Positions 1 to 14,235 of a stretch of DNA of 64,000 nt are shown here, one piece after another. Below the pieces are notes generated by a model. The model was not told the origin of the DNA and made no database searches. It saw nothing but the letters and a program-made list of their open reading frames with translations. A program made the position numbers and the translations under genes. Numbering within the stretch: position 1 is the stretch's first letter; each line of letters opens with the position of its first letter. The stretch is from Octopus sinensis (taxonomy: Eukaryota): the NCBI RefSeq assembly GCF_006345805.1, contig NC_043002.1, positions 46,624,001 to 46,688,000 on the forward strand, given 5' to 3'.

Positions 1-258
1 GTGTGTGTGTGTGTGTATGTGTGTGCATGTGTGTGTGTATGTGTGTGTGTGTGTGTGTGTGTGCATGTGTGTGTGTGTGTATGTGTGTGTGCATCTGTGT
101 GTGTATGTGTGTGCATCTGTGTGTGTGTATGTGTGTGTATACATACATATACATATATACATACCTATATATTTATCTATATACATACATACATACATAC
201 ATACATTCACTTGTGTGTGCGAGTGTGTTCGTAAATGAGAGAGTTATTGAGTGAGAGT

Positions 259-309
<51 letters not shown>

Positions 310-474
310 AGAAAGAGAGGGAGAGAGAGAATTGCAGCCGACAGACATTATCAAGAATGAAAAAAAGATGGAAATATTGTTTCCTTGATTCGATGGACAG
401 ATTGGATATCTCCATTGTCAACCCAACCCATCTCCCTCTGTCCGTCTCTCTTTGCGTTTGTGTGTGTGTATGTA

Positions 475-521
<47 letters not shown>

Positions 522-551
522 ACTTATAATACATACCTACACACACACACG

Positions 552-587
<36 letters not shown>

Positions 588-715
588 CATATACACACAC
601 ACTCATACATACATATATATACATTCATATATATACATACATATATTATATATACATATACGCGTGTATTAGGTATATATATATATATATACCTTTTGTT
701 ATCTTACCGTTTTTA

Positions 716-758
<43 letters not shown>

Positions 759-888
759 CATATACACACACACACTCATACATACATATATATACATTCA
801 TATATATACATACATATAATATATATAAATATACGCGTGTATTAGGTATATATATATATATATACCTTTTGTTATCTTACCGTTTTTA

Positions 889-939
<51 letters not shown>

Positions 940-1030
940 CACTCATACATATGCATGCTATATATATATTATACATATACATATTCATGCATACACACAC
1001 ACACACACACATATATTTACATACATTACA
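1..1030. repeat. Compound microsatellite field (GT)n, (CATA)n, (GA)n, (TA)n, (CA)n
   Basis: Visible di- and tetranucleotide runs. Includes a ~174-bp-period duplication of 'cgcgtgtattaggtata...ttttaccaat' at 661-720 and 834-893. Confidence 0.95.
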
Positions 1031-1179
1031 TATTATACAAACACATAAATACAAGCACGTAATGTGTCCTCGTTAAACGGTACTAATCGCGGAAAGTCTC
1101 CAATTCCACTTGAATGATTTTTTAAAGTTGACTAATAGTAAGGGCTAATAACGAATATGTATGTGTACGACAACAGAAA

Positions 1180-1508
1180 TATTCTTTCTCTCCGCCGGTT
1201 ACGACGACGAGGGTCCCAGCTGATACGATCAACGGAACAGCTTGCTCGTGAAATTAACGTGCAAATGGCTGAGCATTCCACAGACACGTGTACCCTTAAC
1301 GTAGTTCTCGGGGATAATCAGCGTGACACAGAGAGTGACAAGGCTGACCCTTTGAAATACAAGTACAACTCATTTTTGCCAGTTGAGTGGACTGGAGCAA
1401 CGTGAAATAAAGTGTCTTGCTCAAGGACACAACGCGTCGCCGGGAATCGAACTCACAACCTTACGATCATGAGCCGAATGCCCTAACCACTAAGCCACGC
1501 GCCCTCAC
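1180..1508 (-). mobile_element. tRNA-derived SINE, head type A (Meta-domain-like body) with tail X
   Basis: The minus strand begins GTGAGGGCGCGTGGCTTAGTGG (Pol III A box) and has GAGTTCGATTCCC (B box), then GTGTCCTTGAGCAAGACACTTTATTTCAC...CCAGTCCACTC. Related bodies occur at 34480 and ~10995. Confidence 0.85.
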
Positions 1509-1791
1509 ACAACAGAAATATACACACTGGACGTTTAGCATTACTCACGTCAACAAAATACTGTAAACATTATATATCGATATAAAACATAAATAGATCT
1601 ACAAAATTATTTGACGTTACTAGTAAAAATTTCAACTACTGTAAATTGTGAATCTCCTTTACCTAGTGGAGCTGTGACGCTTCATTAGTTCCTGCTTCCC
1701 ACAGAAATAAGTCTGAGAGTAGACTGAGAAAGGACAGAGTGGACAACTAACTGGTGGTTGATCAATATTATCAAGTTTAACGACTGCAATA

Positions 1792-2008
1792 TATTTCTTT
1801 ATTGCCCTCAAGGGGCTAAACATAGAAGGGACAAACAAGGACAGACAAACAGATTAAGTCGATTATATCGACCCCAGTGCGTAACTAGTACTTATTTAAT
1901 CGACCCTGAAAGGATGAAAGGCAAAGTCGACCTCGGCGGAATTTGAACTCAGAACGTAGCGGCAGAGGAAATACTGGCGTGCTAACGTTTCTGTCAGTTC
2001 TCCGCCTT
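1792..2008 (-). mobile_element. tRNA-derived SINE with Nin/Deu-like domain, tail T1
   Basis: Minus strand AAGGCGG..CAGAAACGTTAGC, B box GAGTTCAAATTCC, GTCGACTTTGCCTTTCATCCTTTCAGGGTCGAT..AAGTAC, and tail ending GGGCAATAAAGAAA. More than 12 related copies in the window. Confidence 0.9.
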
Positions 2009-2009
2009 T

Positions 2010-2235
2010 TTTCCAGTTGGACGGGAAGCCGGTCCATCGCAGCGTTACTCAAGAAGCAGGAAGAGAGAGTGAGAGAAAGTTGGGGCGAAAGAGTACAACA
2101 GGGGTCGCCACCACCCCCTGTCGGAGCCTCGTGGAGCTTTTGATGTTTTCGCTCAATAAACACATACAACACCCGGTTTGGGAATTGAAACCGCGATCCT
2201 CCGACCGCAAGTCTGCTGCCCTAACCACTGGGCCA
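2010..2235 (-). mobile_element. tRNA-derived SINE, head type B (octopus OK/OR-class-like) with truncated tail Y
   Basis: Minus strand AATGGCCCAGTGGTTAGGGCAGC (A box), GGTTTCAATTCCC (B box), body AAAGCTCCACGAGGCTCCGACAGGGGGTGGTGGCG. Same head at 46040-46205. Confidence 0.85.
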
Positions 2236-2639
2236 TTAACGACTGCAATAAAACAGGGGCAAATTGACTTGACAAATGAGTCGAGTTTCAGCTGATACCT
2301 TGTTGAGACTGCTTCCGGATAATGAGGTCCTTTAATGTTCTAAGATGTTGATTATATTTTCAGCATTAGTTTTTGTTGTTAAGTCAATATATGAAATGAC
2401 GTTATCAAGGGATTCATGCAGTAACATTGCTTGGGAGAGATGGGGAATAGGGAGCAATCCGCTCTGGTTCAACGCTTTAAGGGCACGACACTTTTGGGTC
2501 TGCTGCATAAGCCTGTGTAGCTTTATACGCCGGGAGTGGTGTTGAAGGATAAACTCAAGAGTTGCTCTGGATGGAATACGCTCTAGCCACACCACTAGAT
2601 CTATATAACAGGGTTATATAACATTTCTGTTGTAACTTC

Positions 2640-4255
2640 ATTCTCTATTTCTCCTTCTATTGACAATTAATTTACCTGTCTTCTGACCAGTTTGTGATAT
2701 CGTTTTCTGTGACACTTGTTTCGCGTGCCTTCTGAAGTATGTGATGAAAATCCGTTGTTTCAAATCCTTTAGAATCATAATCTACCTCCACATCGTGCAC
2801 AAGTTTTTCCCAGGCTAAAGCGACAGTCATCAGAGCTTTCAATGAAGTTGCTGCATTGAATATTATACTCACAGTCATTGTCTTCAGTCAGATTTTGTAT
2901 GGTTTAGCTGATATCCGACTGAAGTGGGTACGGTTTAACGTACATGCACTGATACAGAGAGGGATGCATAAATCTTTCATTGAACTGTGTCCATGTTGGG
3001 GCACCGCTTTAAAATGTTTAATCAAATAGATTGGCTCAGTACTTATATTTCTTAAGCCTGGTATTTACTCTATCGGTCGCTTTTGTCGAACCACTAAGTT
3101 ACGGTGCGTAAGATACTTGAGGACAGATTTATGTTTATAAAAAAAAACAGATATATAATAACAGATAATAAAGGAGAGTAGTTTGTCCTCGTGTGTCTTC
3201 TTTGATATCATACTCTTCTATTAGAACTTTGTAAACAATATCTTCGTTGGTGTAGTCTGTTGCTGGTTACTTTGGTCCGCTTGCCGAATGGTGGAGGTAA
3301 CATTAATAAGCAAGAACGTGTACTTTATTTTAACATCGTTACTAGTGATCACCTATCTGAGAAAGTGCGTTGTCTAAAATTAGTAGCAGCCTCAACTCTT
3401 CAGTACGAAGTCTGGAGACATCTTCTTGTTATTTATTTATGTATCGCACGAATGAAACGCGAGGAAAACAAACCATTAAAGATATCCATGTTATCCACAA
3501 TTTCTTAGAACTAACACAATGACTTCACCCGCCGTAATAATTACAGGTGTATTATGTCTTTCAAAACTTGCGGATGTGCAGGCCTCCACAACACCACTAA
3601 CTTTAAAAAGTGCATATCGTCTGTATTCGTACAACATACCCGATAATGGATGACTGTGTCTGGAAACTTCATCCATTAAAACTTGACTATTCCAGGGACA
3701 ATGACCGCCTACACAATCCAGTTTCAACCTTATTATACACTTGGGAAATTTGGAGCACTTTATACTTAAATGAATCCTTTGACCTTTTCATGAATAGTTC
3801 AATTTTCTCGGTTGGTGCGCTGCCTGTTTCACCATTTCAATTTCTAAATTGCCATAACCACCCATTACTAGCTTTGAATAATACCCTTATGCCTAGTTAT
3901 CATTGCAGCAACACTTTGAATTTCTACATCACAGTCGTTCTTACTATATAATCGCTGACGAATAAACCACTTCGTTGCTACCTCTTCAAGATTTGCACCT
4001 CTTACGCTTCCTTGTAGCAACAGATGATTATTTAGAATTTGAATCAACATCATATTTCAAAGAACATGTGACTTTCTTCTCTGAGTTGCGTACATTCCAA
4101 ACTATTAGCTTTTTAACAGCATGCATTTCATATACACTTGACACCAAAGTACCAGCCTCTAAGTTACTTATAAGTTCTTTTTTCTGTTTCCCAGTTAACC
4201 CCACAAGTGTATTCCTTGGATTATTGCTTTGCCTTGAAGCCATGGCGTAAAACAC
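2640..4255 (-). mobile_element. Decayed Tigger/pogo-family DNA transposon (CENP-B HTH + DDE_1 transposase relic), interrupted at ~2870-3170
   Basis: Minus-strand pieces: LTGKQKKELISNLEAG (HTH), NLEEVATKWFIRQR, SNGWLWQFRN, VYNKVETGL (YNxDETGL), LLLILDNA, FLLINVTSTIRQADQ (FLPxNxTSxxQPxDQ), and C-terminal VALAWEKL. Many stops and frameshifts. Confidence 0.8.
2870..3170. repeat. ~300-bp segment, copy 1 (contains a diverged CORE-SINE 3' fragment)
   Basis: Nearly identical to 5110-5412, running from 'cacagtcattg' to 'cataataacagataataa'. Confidence 0.9.
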
Positions 4256-4689
4256 AAGGCTGAAGAATTCCTAATCACTCAAATGTCAAAGAAAAGTGCA
4301 GGGCCAACCCAGGATATACAGAAAATACACTCTTACAACATGCTGTGTTGTATTGTGTATGATGATTATCGTCACAGTGTGTACTTTACTACCGTGCTGA
4401 ACCCGTTCATTTGACATAAGTATTACTCAAACATATATTTATAAACCTTAGGCTACTTCGGTGTGACTTTACGCGTGTATAATTAAATTTAAGAACAAAT
4501 TACGGCCAGATTACATCATGATATTGCAAGAACAGAATTATTATAAAGAAAATCAATTTCAATCACCAAATTTTCGACAAATTTAATACATTAATATAAA
4601 AAAATAACTGATATATTAATAAATACATACTAGGTAAGCATAGTAATAGTTAGAGGGGAATGTGAAAGCGAAGAAGAGCGATTGAGTAT

Positions 4690-4721
<32 letters not shown>

Positions 4722-5109
4722 ACAAGCTGATTATAGAGAAAAACAGGGACAGGAGGAAATAAGCGGGTTCGAATCGTAGGCAAATTAAGAGATGGCTTAA
4801 TTAGCGGGGAATGTTTCAGGAAATAAATATATTTCTCAGGCAGAAGAGAAAGGCGAATAACAAACTGGATGAGTACTGGTGAAACATCGCTCACCTTCAG
4901 CCCTTATTTCTGCTACTTTCTCATTATTCTGACATTCTTGCAGAACATATCATGACCCAATTAGATATGGGGTGTGCAGTACTGCCTTAGAATAACTGGT
5001 ATGATGTTTCATGACAAGGGAAAAACAAATTTAGCCTCCGTGTGCAACTCTCACTTAGAACATACAAAAAATATTATACAATTCAATGATGGTAGCCAAT
5101 GTAAGCACA

Positions 5110-5412
5110 CACAGTCATTGTTTTCAGTCAGATTTTGTAGGGTTTATTCGATATCCGACTGATGCAGCTACCGTTTAACGTAGATGCACTGATACAGAGA
5201 GGGATGCATAAATCTTTCATTGAATTGTGTCCATGTTGGGGCACCACTTTAAAATGTTTAATCAAACAGATCGACTTAGTACTTATATTTCTTAAGCCTG
5301 GTACTTACTCTATCGGTCGCTTTTGTCGAACCACTAAGTTACGGTACGTAAGATATTTGAGGACAGATTTATGTTATAAAAAAAAAAAACAGATACATAA
5401 TAACAGATAATA
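5110..5412. repeat. ~300-bp segment, copy 2
   Basis: Direct repeat of 2870-3170 with scattered substitutions. Confidence 0.9.
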
Positions 5413-5468
5413 ACTTTATTTATCAAAAAATGCTATGAGGATAAAGATAAACCTTCTTTTCTATAATG

Positions 5469-6480
5469 TTATTCAATAAAGCCACCTTCAGCTTCAACAA
5501 CTGCTTCTATACGAGATCTAAAACATCTACATACTCCAATCAAGTGGTTCTGGTTCATTTTGGACATTACTCTGACTATGGCAGCTTTCAAAGAATATTT
5601 GGTATCATGGGCCTGTTCATTGACCTCTTTCTCAACAACGCTCTACATGAAATAGTCCAATGGATTGAGATCTGGGGAATTAGGAGGCTAAATGTTAGGG
5701 GTTATGTGATCATAAAAATTTTCAGACATCCGTTCCTGTGTTACGAGATCTATGTGTGATAGTGCTGAGTCTTAGTGAAGCACACATGGCCTTCCATTGC
5801 ATACACTGTTTATCCAGGGCTAAATTATTCCCAGAACCTCAATGTAGGCAGCAGAGTTAACTCTAAGGCCTTGTGGAAAGAAGTAAGAAGGCTTCACATA
5901 TCCCTCATTACTGACAACCCCTAAAACCATGACAGTTGCAGGAAATTTTATATGCATAACACTTGGAACTTCAGAAGGGTCTGCACATAACCATCTGTCA
6001 TTTCTTCTGTCAACTTTTTGATCTTGGTCGAAGTTTTTCTCATTTGAGAAAAAGCAAATCAAATCTTCTGCTGCATTTTTTCTGCTTAAAAGCCTTTCGG
6101 ATCTGATGTAGTGATATTCTTTTGCTTTTTCTGACAAATTGACCCTTCCTCATCATATTAGACTTATATCTGATGTCTTCTGACACATGGAGATCTTTTG
6201 CAATTGACCTCATGGACTTTCTGGAATTATAATCAATGGTCTGTTGAACATGTTGGATAAATTCAGGTGTTCTGATGATTTCAGCGCGTTTAGAATGCTT
6301 TTTATGCTTTGATACTGGTGATGCGTTTCCATCTTCAGTCTCTAGCTCCTTACAAACTTTGTAGACGAAAGATCTGGGAACTTTTAAAAATCGAGATATT
6401 TCTAAATCGCTATGTTCAGCGTTTATTACCACAATAACAGCATGACTCTTCATTTCTGGAGTAAGCTGAGGGCCTGACAT
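5469..6480 (-). pseudogene. Tc1/mariner DD37D (maT-type) transposase pseudogene, element 1
   Basis: MSGPQLTPEMK..., FFSNEKNF (FSDEK), VMVLGVVS, *DSALSH..., *PPNSPDLNPLDY, ...VEAEGGFIE*. I count 37 residues between the second and third Asp. A TA-CAGG end lies at ~6570; the other terminus is missing. Confidence 0.92.
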
Positions 6481-6569
6481 TATTATTTTCTGAAACAAAG
6501 ATTATACAGAATTAGCAAAAATGCAGCAATGACTCCCAAAAAGGTATGTCCTTAAATACCTTATGCAAC

Positions 6570-6639
<70 letters not shown>

Positions 6640-6762
6640 GTGTGTGTGTGTGTTGTGTGTGTGTGTGTTATGTGTGTGTGTGTGTGTGTATACATATATA
6701 CATATATATATATATAATATATATATATTATATATACGTATATATATATGTATATATATATG

Positions 6763-6793
<31 letters not shown>

Positions 6794-7230
6794 GCACATA
6801 TATATCTATACATATAAATTTGAGATGGGTGATTCTTTCTTGTCTTGGGATTCAAGGTCAAATGGCTGGGTGGAATTGCGCGAACAATTACACAGATGTG
6901 TATAATTATCCGGTGGTGTAGCTGGGCTTTGTATTTTTTCATAGCTCCCATGGTCATCGAGATAATCTACTATAATAATATTCTTGTGTTTATGAATGAC
7001 AAAGGAAAGGGTGATAGATGAATAAGGAAGGAACAGGTGATGTCATACTTGGTTGTGGGATGATGAAAATTGTACGCTGAAAATAATTCAAACAGCGTTT
7101 CAACTCTGTGTGAATATATGTGTGTGCATGTAAAGGAGAGATATGTGAATGTGTGTGTTTGCGCGCGTGCGTGTGTTTGTGTGTGTGGTGTGTGTGTGTG
7201 TGTGTGTGTTGTGGGTGTGTGCGCGCAATG
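6570..7230. repeat. Microsatellite clusters (TA)n/(TG)n
   Basis: Visible runs at 6570-6815 and 7130-7225. Confidence 0.95.
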
Positions 7231-7495
7231 GAAGTGGGATGGTTCATCTTTGTTCGCTTAGTATTTGGGTTTATTTTTTGATTTGGTTGAATCTTGGTTT
7301 TTTTTTTGTTGGTAAGTTTTTTTTAGCGTTTTGACAGAAAAAAATCATTCTAAAATTGTTTTTTAACGTAAGCGTGCCCAAACAAGTCGAATGCTGACAC
7401 AGAGCAGGTTTTACAGCCACATCATCCAAACCGACCGGGTGAAACCGGGCTTAGCTGCTAGTGTGTGTGTGCGTATATATATATATATATATATA

Positions 7496-7712
7496 TAGAT
7501 AAGAAAGTTGATATATATAAAGTTAATCCAAACAAGAAAACACAAAAAAACACAGCAACGCGAGGACGTGGAACAAATAAAGTATTATTGGACGCTCAGG
7601 AAAGAAGGGAAGAAGGAGGGTTTAACGTTTCGAGCGGGTCTCTTCGTCGGAAACAAAGGAGAAGGAAAGATCCCGAGAAGGGAAGACAGAGGAAAAAAAA
7701 AATATATATATT
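7496..7712 (-). mobile_element. Penelope-like/retrozyme-like ~210-bp repeat with a minimal hammerhead-like motif, embedded in (TA)n
   Basis: Homologous to 59886-60130 and 45601-45765. Minus strand 7654-7620 reads GTTT-CCGACGA-A-GAGA-CCC-GCTC-GAAA-CG-TT-AAAC. Confidence 0.65.
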
Positions 7713-7727
7713 CTTTAATTCTTTTAT

Positions 7728-7835
7728 TTGTTTCAGCCCATGACCGGCTGCTTTCAGTTCTCCGTCTACCAAAGACACTTAGAAGGTTTAGGTTGGGCTG
7801 AGGCTATAGCAGAAGATACTTGCCTAGGGTGCCAT
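7728..7835 (-). mobile_element. CORE-type SINE fragment
   Basis: 'ctttcagttctccgtctaccaaa...gaggctatagcagaagatacttgcctagggtgcca' matches the body of the fuller copies at 23428, 40908 and 46993. Confidence 0.7.
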
Positions 7836-7839
7836 CTAT

Positions 7840-7874
7840 ATGCATACACATATATGTCTATATATTGATATACG

Positions 7875-7952
<78 letters not shown>

Positions 7953-8111
7953 ATATATATGCATACACTCATGCGTGTGGGCACTCACACACACACATAC
8001 AAACATACACACAAACAAATATACACATACATGCATCACCGTGCATGTACGTATGTATGTATGTATGCGTGAATTTGTGTACGTAACTACCTGTTTTTTG
8101 AAAGTCATGCA

Positions 8112-8183
<72 letters not shown>

Positions 8184-8380
8184 CATCTATCTATCCATCT
8201 ATCTATCTATCTATCTATCTATTAATTTATATATAAATACATATGTACATGTACAAACATATATGGAGGTATATAGGCATACATGTATGCATGCACACAG
8301 AAATGCCATACTACACACAGTCACACACACACACACACTCACCACACCACACTACACTGCCATACGCGCACGCACGCACG
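7840..8380. repeat. Microsatellites (TA)n, (ATCT)n, (CA)n
   Basis: Visible runs. Confidence 0.95.
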
Positions 8381-8599
8381 CACTCAAACCCCAGGGAAAA
8401 GAGCCAGGGCCGAATAACATCACTTTCTTAGTGGTAGTAATTTTACAATCAAACGACCGTATTTTTCCGACGAAAGAATCTGTTGACTCGCAACATTCAA
8501 TAGTAATCTTCATTTCTCATTCATTTCAATTCTTCGCTTCCTTAATTTTCGTTCGTCATATTTACTGCCTCTCTTCTTCCTTTGTTTTTCCCCTTTTCC

Positions 8600-10280
<1,681 letters not shown>

Positions 10281-10519
10281 ATTGGTTTGTGTACCGAGGA
10301 ATTATAGAGATACATTAGTGGTGGTGTTGGCTGTAGTGTTCTCAGTATTGCTTATGTGAACGTAGTCTTTAATAAAACTCACGGCAGCCTTTCATCGCAT
10401 TATTTTCCAAAGATTCGCGAACATGTAGCTGTGCAGGTATTTCCCATATTTTTTTAACGGGACCTATCTATTTACCCCATAAAACAAATGGCTCGTTCCA
10501 TCATGTAAAGAGAGGAGTA

Positions 10520-10947
10520 ATAATCCTTTCTACTATTAGCACAAGGCCAGAAATTTTGTTGGGGAGGAGGATAATCGATTACATCTACCCCAGCGCTCGA
10601 CTGGTACTTTTTTCGTCGACCCCAGAAAGGATGAAAGGCAAAGTCGACATCGGCGAAATTTGAACTCAGAGCGTAACGACTGACGACATACCGTCAGGCA
10701 TTTCGGTCGGCGTGTTAACGTTTCTTATTTCTTTATTGCCCACATGGGGCTAAACATAGAGTGGACAAACAAGGACAGACAAACGGATTAAGTCGATTAC
10801 GTCGACCCCAGTGCGTAACTGGTACTTAATTTATCGACTCCGAAAGGATGAAAGGCAAAGTCGACCTCGGCGAAAATTGAACTCAGAACGTAACGACTGT
10901 TAAGCATTTCGCCCGGCGTGCTAACATTTCTGCCAGTTCGCCGCCTT
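10520..10947 (-). mobile_element. Two tandem Nin/Deu-like SINEs (10520-10722 tail T2; 10723-10947 tail T1)
   Basis: Each has 'gaaaggatgaaaggcaaagtcgac..tgaactcag'. The right-hand copy abuts the truncated head of the left-hand copy. Confidence 0.88.
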
Positions 10948-10994
10948 AGAGGGATGGGTAATAATGCCAATTGATGTGAGAGCACGTAATCTAG

Positions 10995-11330
10995 TGATAA
11001 CAGTGTTGCACTCGCGATTACAAGATCGTGGTTTCGATTTCCAGATTGGGTGGTGAGTTGTATTCTTGAGCTAAAAACTTCATTTCACGTTGCTTTTTGA
11101 TCACTTTGATACCCGACGTGTGGCACACCGTGCACCTGCACTGGCAATGTCGATTTGATGGGTGGGGAGAATGAGCTAATGTACAACACAAACTTTTAAT
11201 CACTATAAACAAATCATGTGAGTAGGCTGTTCATAAAAAAATTGAAGGGCTCTCATCTGTCGTCTGCGACATGAGAGTCTGTGGACAGGATGGTGAACAG
11301 GGTGGTCAGATATGACTAATTTTGGACATT
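10995..11330 (+). mobile_element. Diverged head-A-type SINE with a different tail (W)
   Basis: GGTTTCGATTTCC B-box-like motif and 'gtattcttgagctaaaaacttcatttcacgttgct', matching the 1180-1508 body, followed by an unrelated tail. Confidence 0.6.
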
Positions 11331-11959
11331 GTATTCATTCTGGTTATATACGTCAGATTAAATTTAAATCAACGGGACAACCAAAATAACACAAATTATG
11401 TTCAGTTAAGCTGCCATATACATTTAGACTAGAGCAAAAGCTCTACAAACAAACCGTTCTTCAGAAAACAATCATTTAGATTCATTAATTAGATTCGTTT
11501 TAAAATAGAAAAAATGGCAAAATCGATAGAATACAGTATAAACTATAAGCTTATTGCAGGAACATACTAAGATCAAAATGGCCAGGGTTTTCTTGGAATC
11601 TGACTTTATAGTTCAAGTTGTGAAAAACAAAAATGGTGCATTTCAAAAAAAAGAAAGAAAAAGAAAAACTGACACCGAGTAATAAATAATTAAATAATTA
11701 AATAATTACAGAGAAGATGGAACGAAAAATTTAAATATTATATTATTTAAAACCTGGAGTTTGTATAGGAGTCTCGCCCACAACCTAGTTTCAGACCAGT
11801 TGCAATGGAACTGCGACAATGACCAAGTCGCAGACAGTGCGACGAAAGTTTCGACATCAAGTTATAGAAGATTAATTGAAAGTAACAGCATTTTTGAATG
11901 TTTAAAATTAACCTTTTAACGCTTGATGCATTAAATTTTCAATTTAGCTGTTCACATTC

Positions 11960-12150
11960 TAAAACTAATGACCGAAGGAGAACGATCGCGAATATAATTG
12001 GCCGAAATGGGGTTCCTTCGAAAGATCTCTGGAGTAACGTAACTTGATAGGATGCGCAGTTCGGAGATCAGGGAGTTTCTCTAGATCGAGCCGCTACTTC
12101 GCGATTGAGAGAGATTACAGCTGCAGTGCTACGGACATGTAATTAAAACT
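11960..12150 (+). mobile_element. RTE-clade LINE fragment (C-terminal to RT)
   Basis: Translates as MTEGERSRI*LAEMGFLRKISGVT*LDRMRSSEIREFL*IEPLL...ERLQLQCYGHV, a typical RTE ORF segment (AEMxFLRR...RWxGHV). Confidence 0.75.
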
Positions 12151-12669
12151 GAGTATTTCTTTGCTTCGAAATCTAAAGGATTTTACACCAGAGCCAACTC
12201 TTAGGCAAAGAGATAGGAGTATCTTTTCAATTATGAAGGAAAATATTGTCTTGATTAAATGTATTAATTAAAACCAAAGAAGCATTTGAAATGCGAGAAG
12301 ACTTTGTTTTAGAAAATATACATAATTCCATTCAGGACCTGATGCTAGCCTGGCAGAAATGCTCTCTGTAAGCTTTTTTTTTTCAATAATTTCAATAATT
12401 CTTTCTTATTTTCCAAATATTTTTTTTCTTTAGCTATTGATATAAATAGAATTTATTTTCATTCTAAATTGAAAGAAAAAATCTGCTGCACACCATCATG
12501 GAATGTTTATTTTGAAAATTAAATTTTTCTTTTCTTTTTTTTTTAATAATTTAGCACAAATTTTGAGATCTAAAGTAAGTTGAAAGAAAAACGTGAAAAG
12601 AGATTTTTTTGCAATTCTTAGATTGAAGTCTTCTTCTAAAATACCCTACTTACTTTTCTCCACATTTCC

Positions 12670-13053
12670 GGGGGGTTACGTTCGTGGCAAATCTTCCGGA
12701 TCGCTCAACGTCTTCCAAGGACGTTCTTCCGCTTTTAAGTTCCCGTGCCACTCGAAACATTGCGTACGACCCATTGCCTCGTGGCCATAAGCTTGTCGAA
12801 GCATGCTCAATGTCTCTGAAGCTGACTTCCCAAATTTAACGCAAAATTTCACGTTGGCACTTTGTTCCAACTTCCTGTCCATACAAAAAAACGCAGAGTA
12901 CAGCATAGACGTGTTCACAAAAACAAATTTGACAACTTGAGAAGTAAACACGGAGATGTCACTCGGCACATTGGCTCACTGCTAGCTCTCACTGCACACG
13001 CAACCGTGTGCTGCCATCTGTTGGCGCGCTACAGAACTAGTCCGAGAAAGTTT
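12670..13053 (-). mobile_element. Mariner transposon 5' fragment (N-terminal HTH)
   Basis: MDRKLEQSANVKFCVKFGKSASETLSMLRQAYGHEAMGRTQCFEWH, then with a frameshift KSGRTSLEDVERSGR. Confidence 0.85.
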
Positions 13054-13299
13054 TGATATTGGTGTAAGGTGAATCCTGCACTTCAAAGTAAATTATTTTC
13101 TCCCTCTAGCTATAGTAATGTCAGTTTCCTGTTATAAAAGTTTACCTAATTTCATTACCGGCTCCTGATAATGGGCAGGTAGAATACTAAGGATAACAAA
13201 CAGTGGAAAAATTTGTTCAGGTGACTGAAGAGGAAGAACAGTAATGTAGTATATGAGTGTTTGTTGTAACTGTATATTTACAAACATGTGTAGGTCCAC

Positions 13300-13950
13300 T
13301 CTCACAAGGAAAAATCTTTAAAATACAGAACAACTGCAAATAGTTATGCAAACGCAAATCAAATTTCAAACATATTTCAAAAATATTTATGAAAGACAGT
13401 ATCCAAAATACAGAAGTGAAAATTTAGAATTTCATATAGTATACAAACAAGACGCTACTGAAATATTCGATTGGCTGATGGCCAAATTGATCTACTAAAA
13501 AGAGTACATAAAAAGTTAACACGCGTCATACAAAATGTATGAGTCTAATTAAGAATGTTATTTCACTGGTTTTGCTTGACGAGTTACTTGACAACTTAGA
13601 AAAGAGAGAGGTTTCGATATTGAATGTGGAATCAAATGATATAAGCATCATAAAACTAATGTACTTGTGAGTGAGGTATTTTACCGATAAATATCTGATA
13701 CTGCAAATAACCTTCGAAGGATTTTCTACTTTTCCTGTTGTATCAACAACTGGCTATAGTCTTTATAATGCAATTGAACATTTTAAAGCACCGAATATAA
13801 AACATTGATATAAATAATTGCACTGGACTTGGGACAAATTGCACAAATAATGTTAGATGGTAACAAAATTCAGTGTTTCCGAACTTGATAAATATATAAT
13901 AGTTCCAGATATTACACTTGCACAATGTACTTGTCACAGTTTGATTTTTA
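13300..13950 (+). mobile_element. Possible decayed hAT transposase relic
   Basis: ESNDISIIKLMYL..VRYF resembles DESTDxSxxxxLxxxVRY, and a downstream GLGT..NSV-like segment is present. Heavily degraded. Confidence 0.45.
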
Positions 13951-14094
13951 TGCGGTTTAAAGGCATTTGCTAGCTACCGGCAATTTCAAATTGGTTTAGG
14001 AGTAGCATTCTTCGAGATTATTGTAAGAAAATTTATTCTGTAATGATTGATGGCAATACATGCCGCCAAAAATAAACATGCACACACTCACTCA

Positions 14095-14167
<73 letters not shown>

Positions 14168-14235
14168 CACACACACACACACAAAGGATCTGTCAGCCCA
14201 AGGACGAGTCATTGGTTGGTCAGGGGGTAAAGGTA

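Noticed and set aside
661-893. 174-bp-period duplication inside a microsatellite field
   Set aside because: Explained by slippage or unequal exchange between flanking (TA)n tracts, or by assembly.
1385-1508. tRNA gene
   Set aside because: A and B boxes are present, but the sequence continues into a SINE body and tail with no acceptor-stem closure. The same applies to the other SINE heads.
6315-6342. CTGAAGA..GAAA hammerhead-like string on the minus strand
   Set aside because: Lies within transposase codons (TEDGNAS), has no stem II, and has no stem I pairing.
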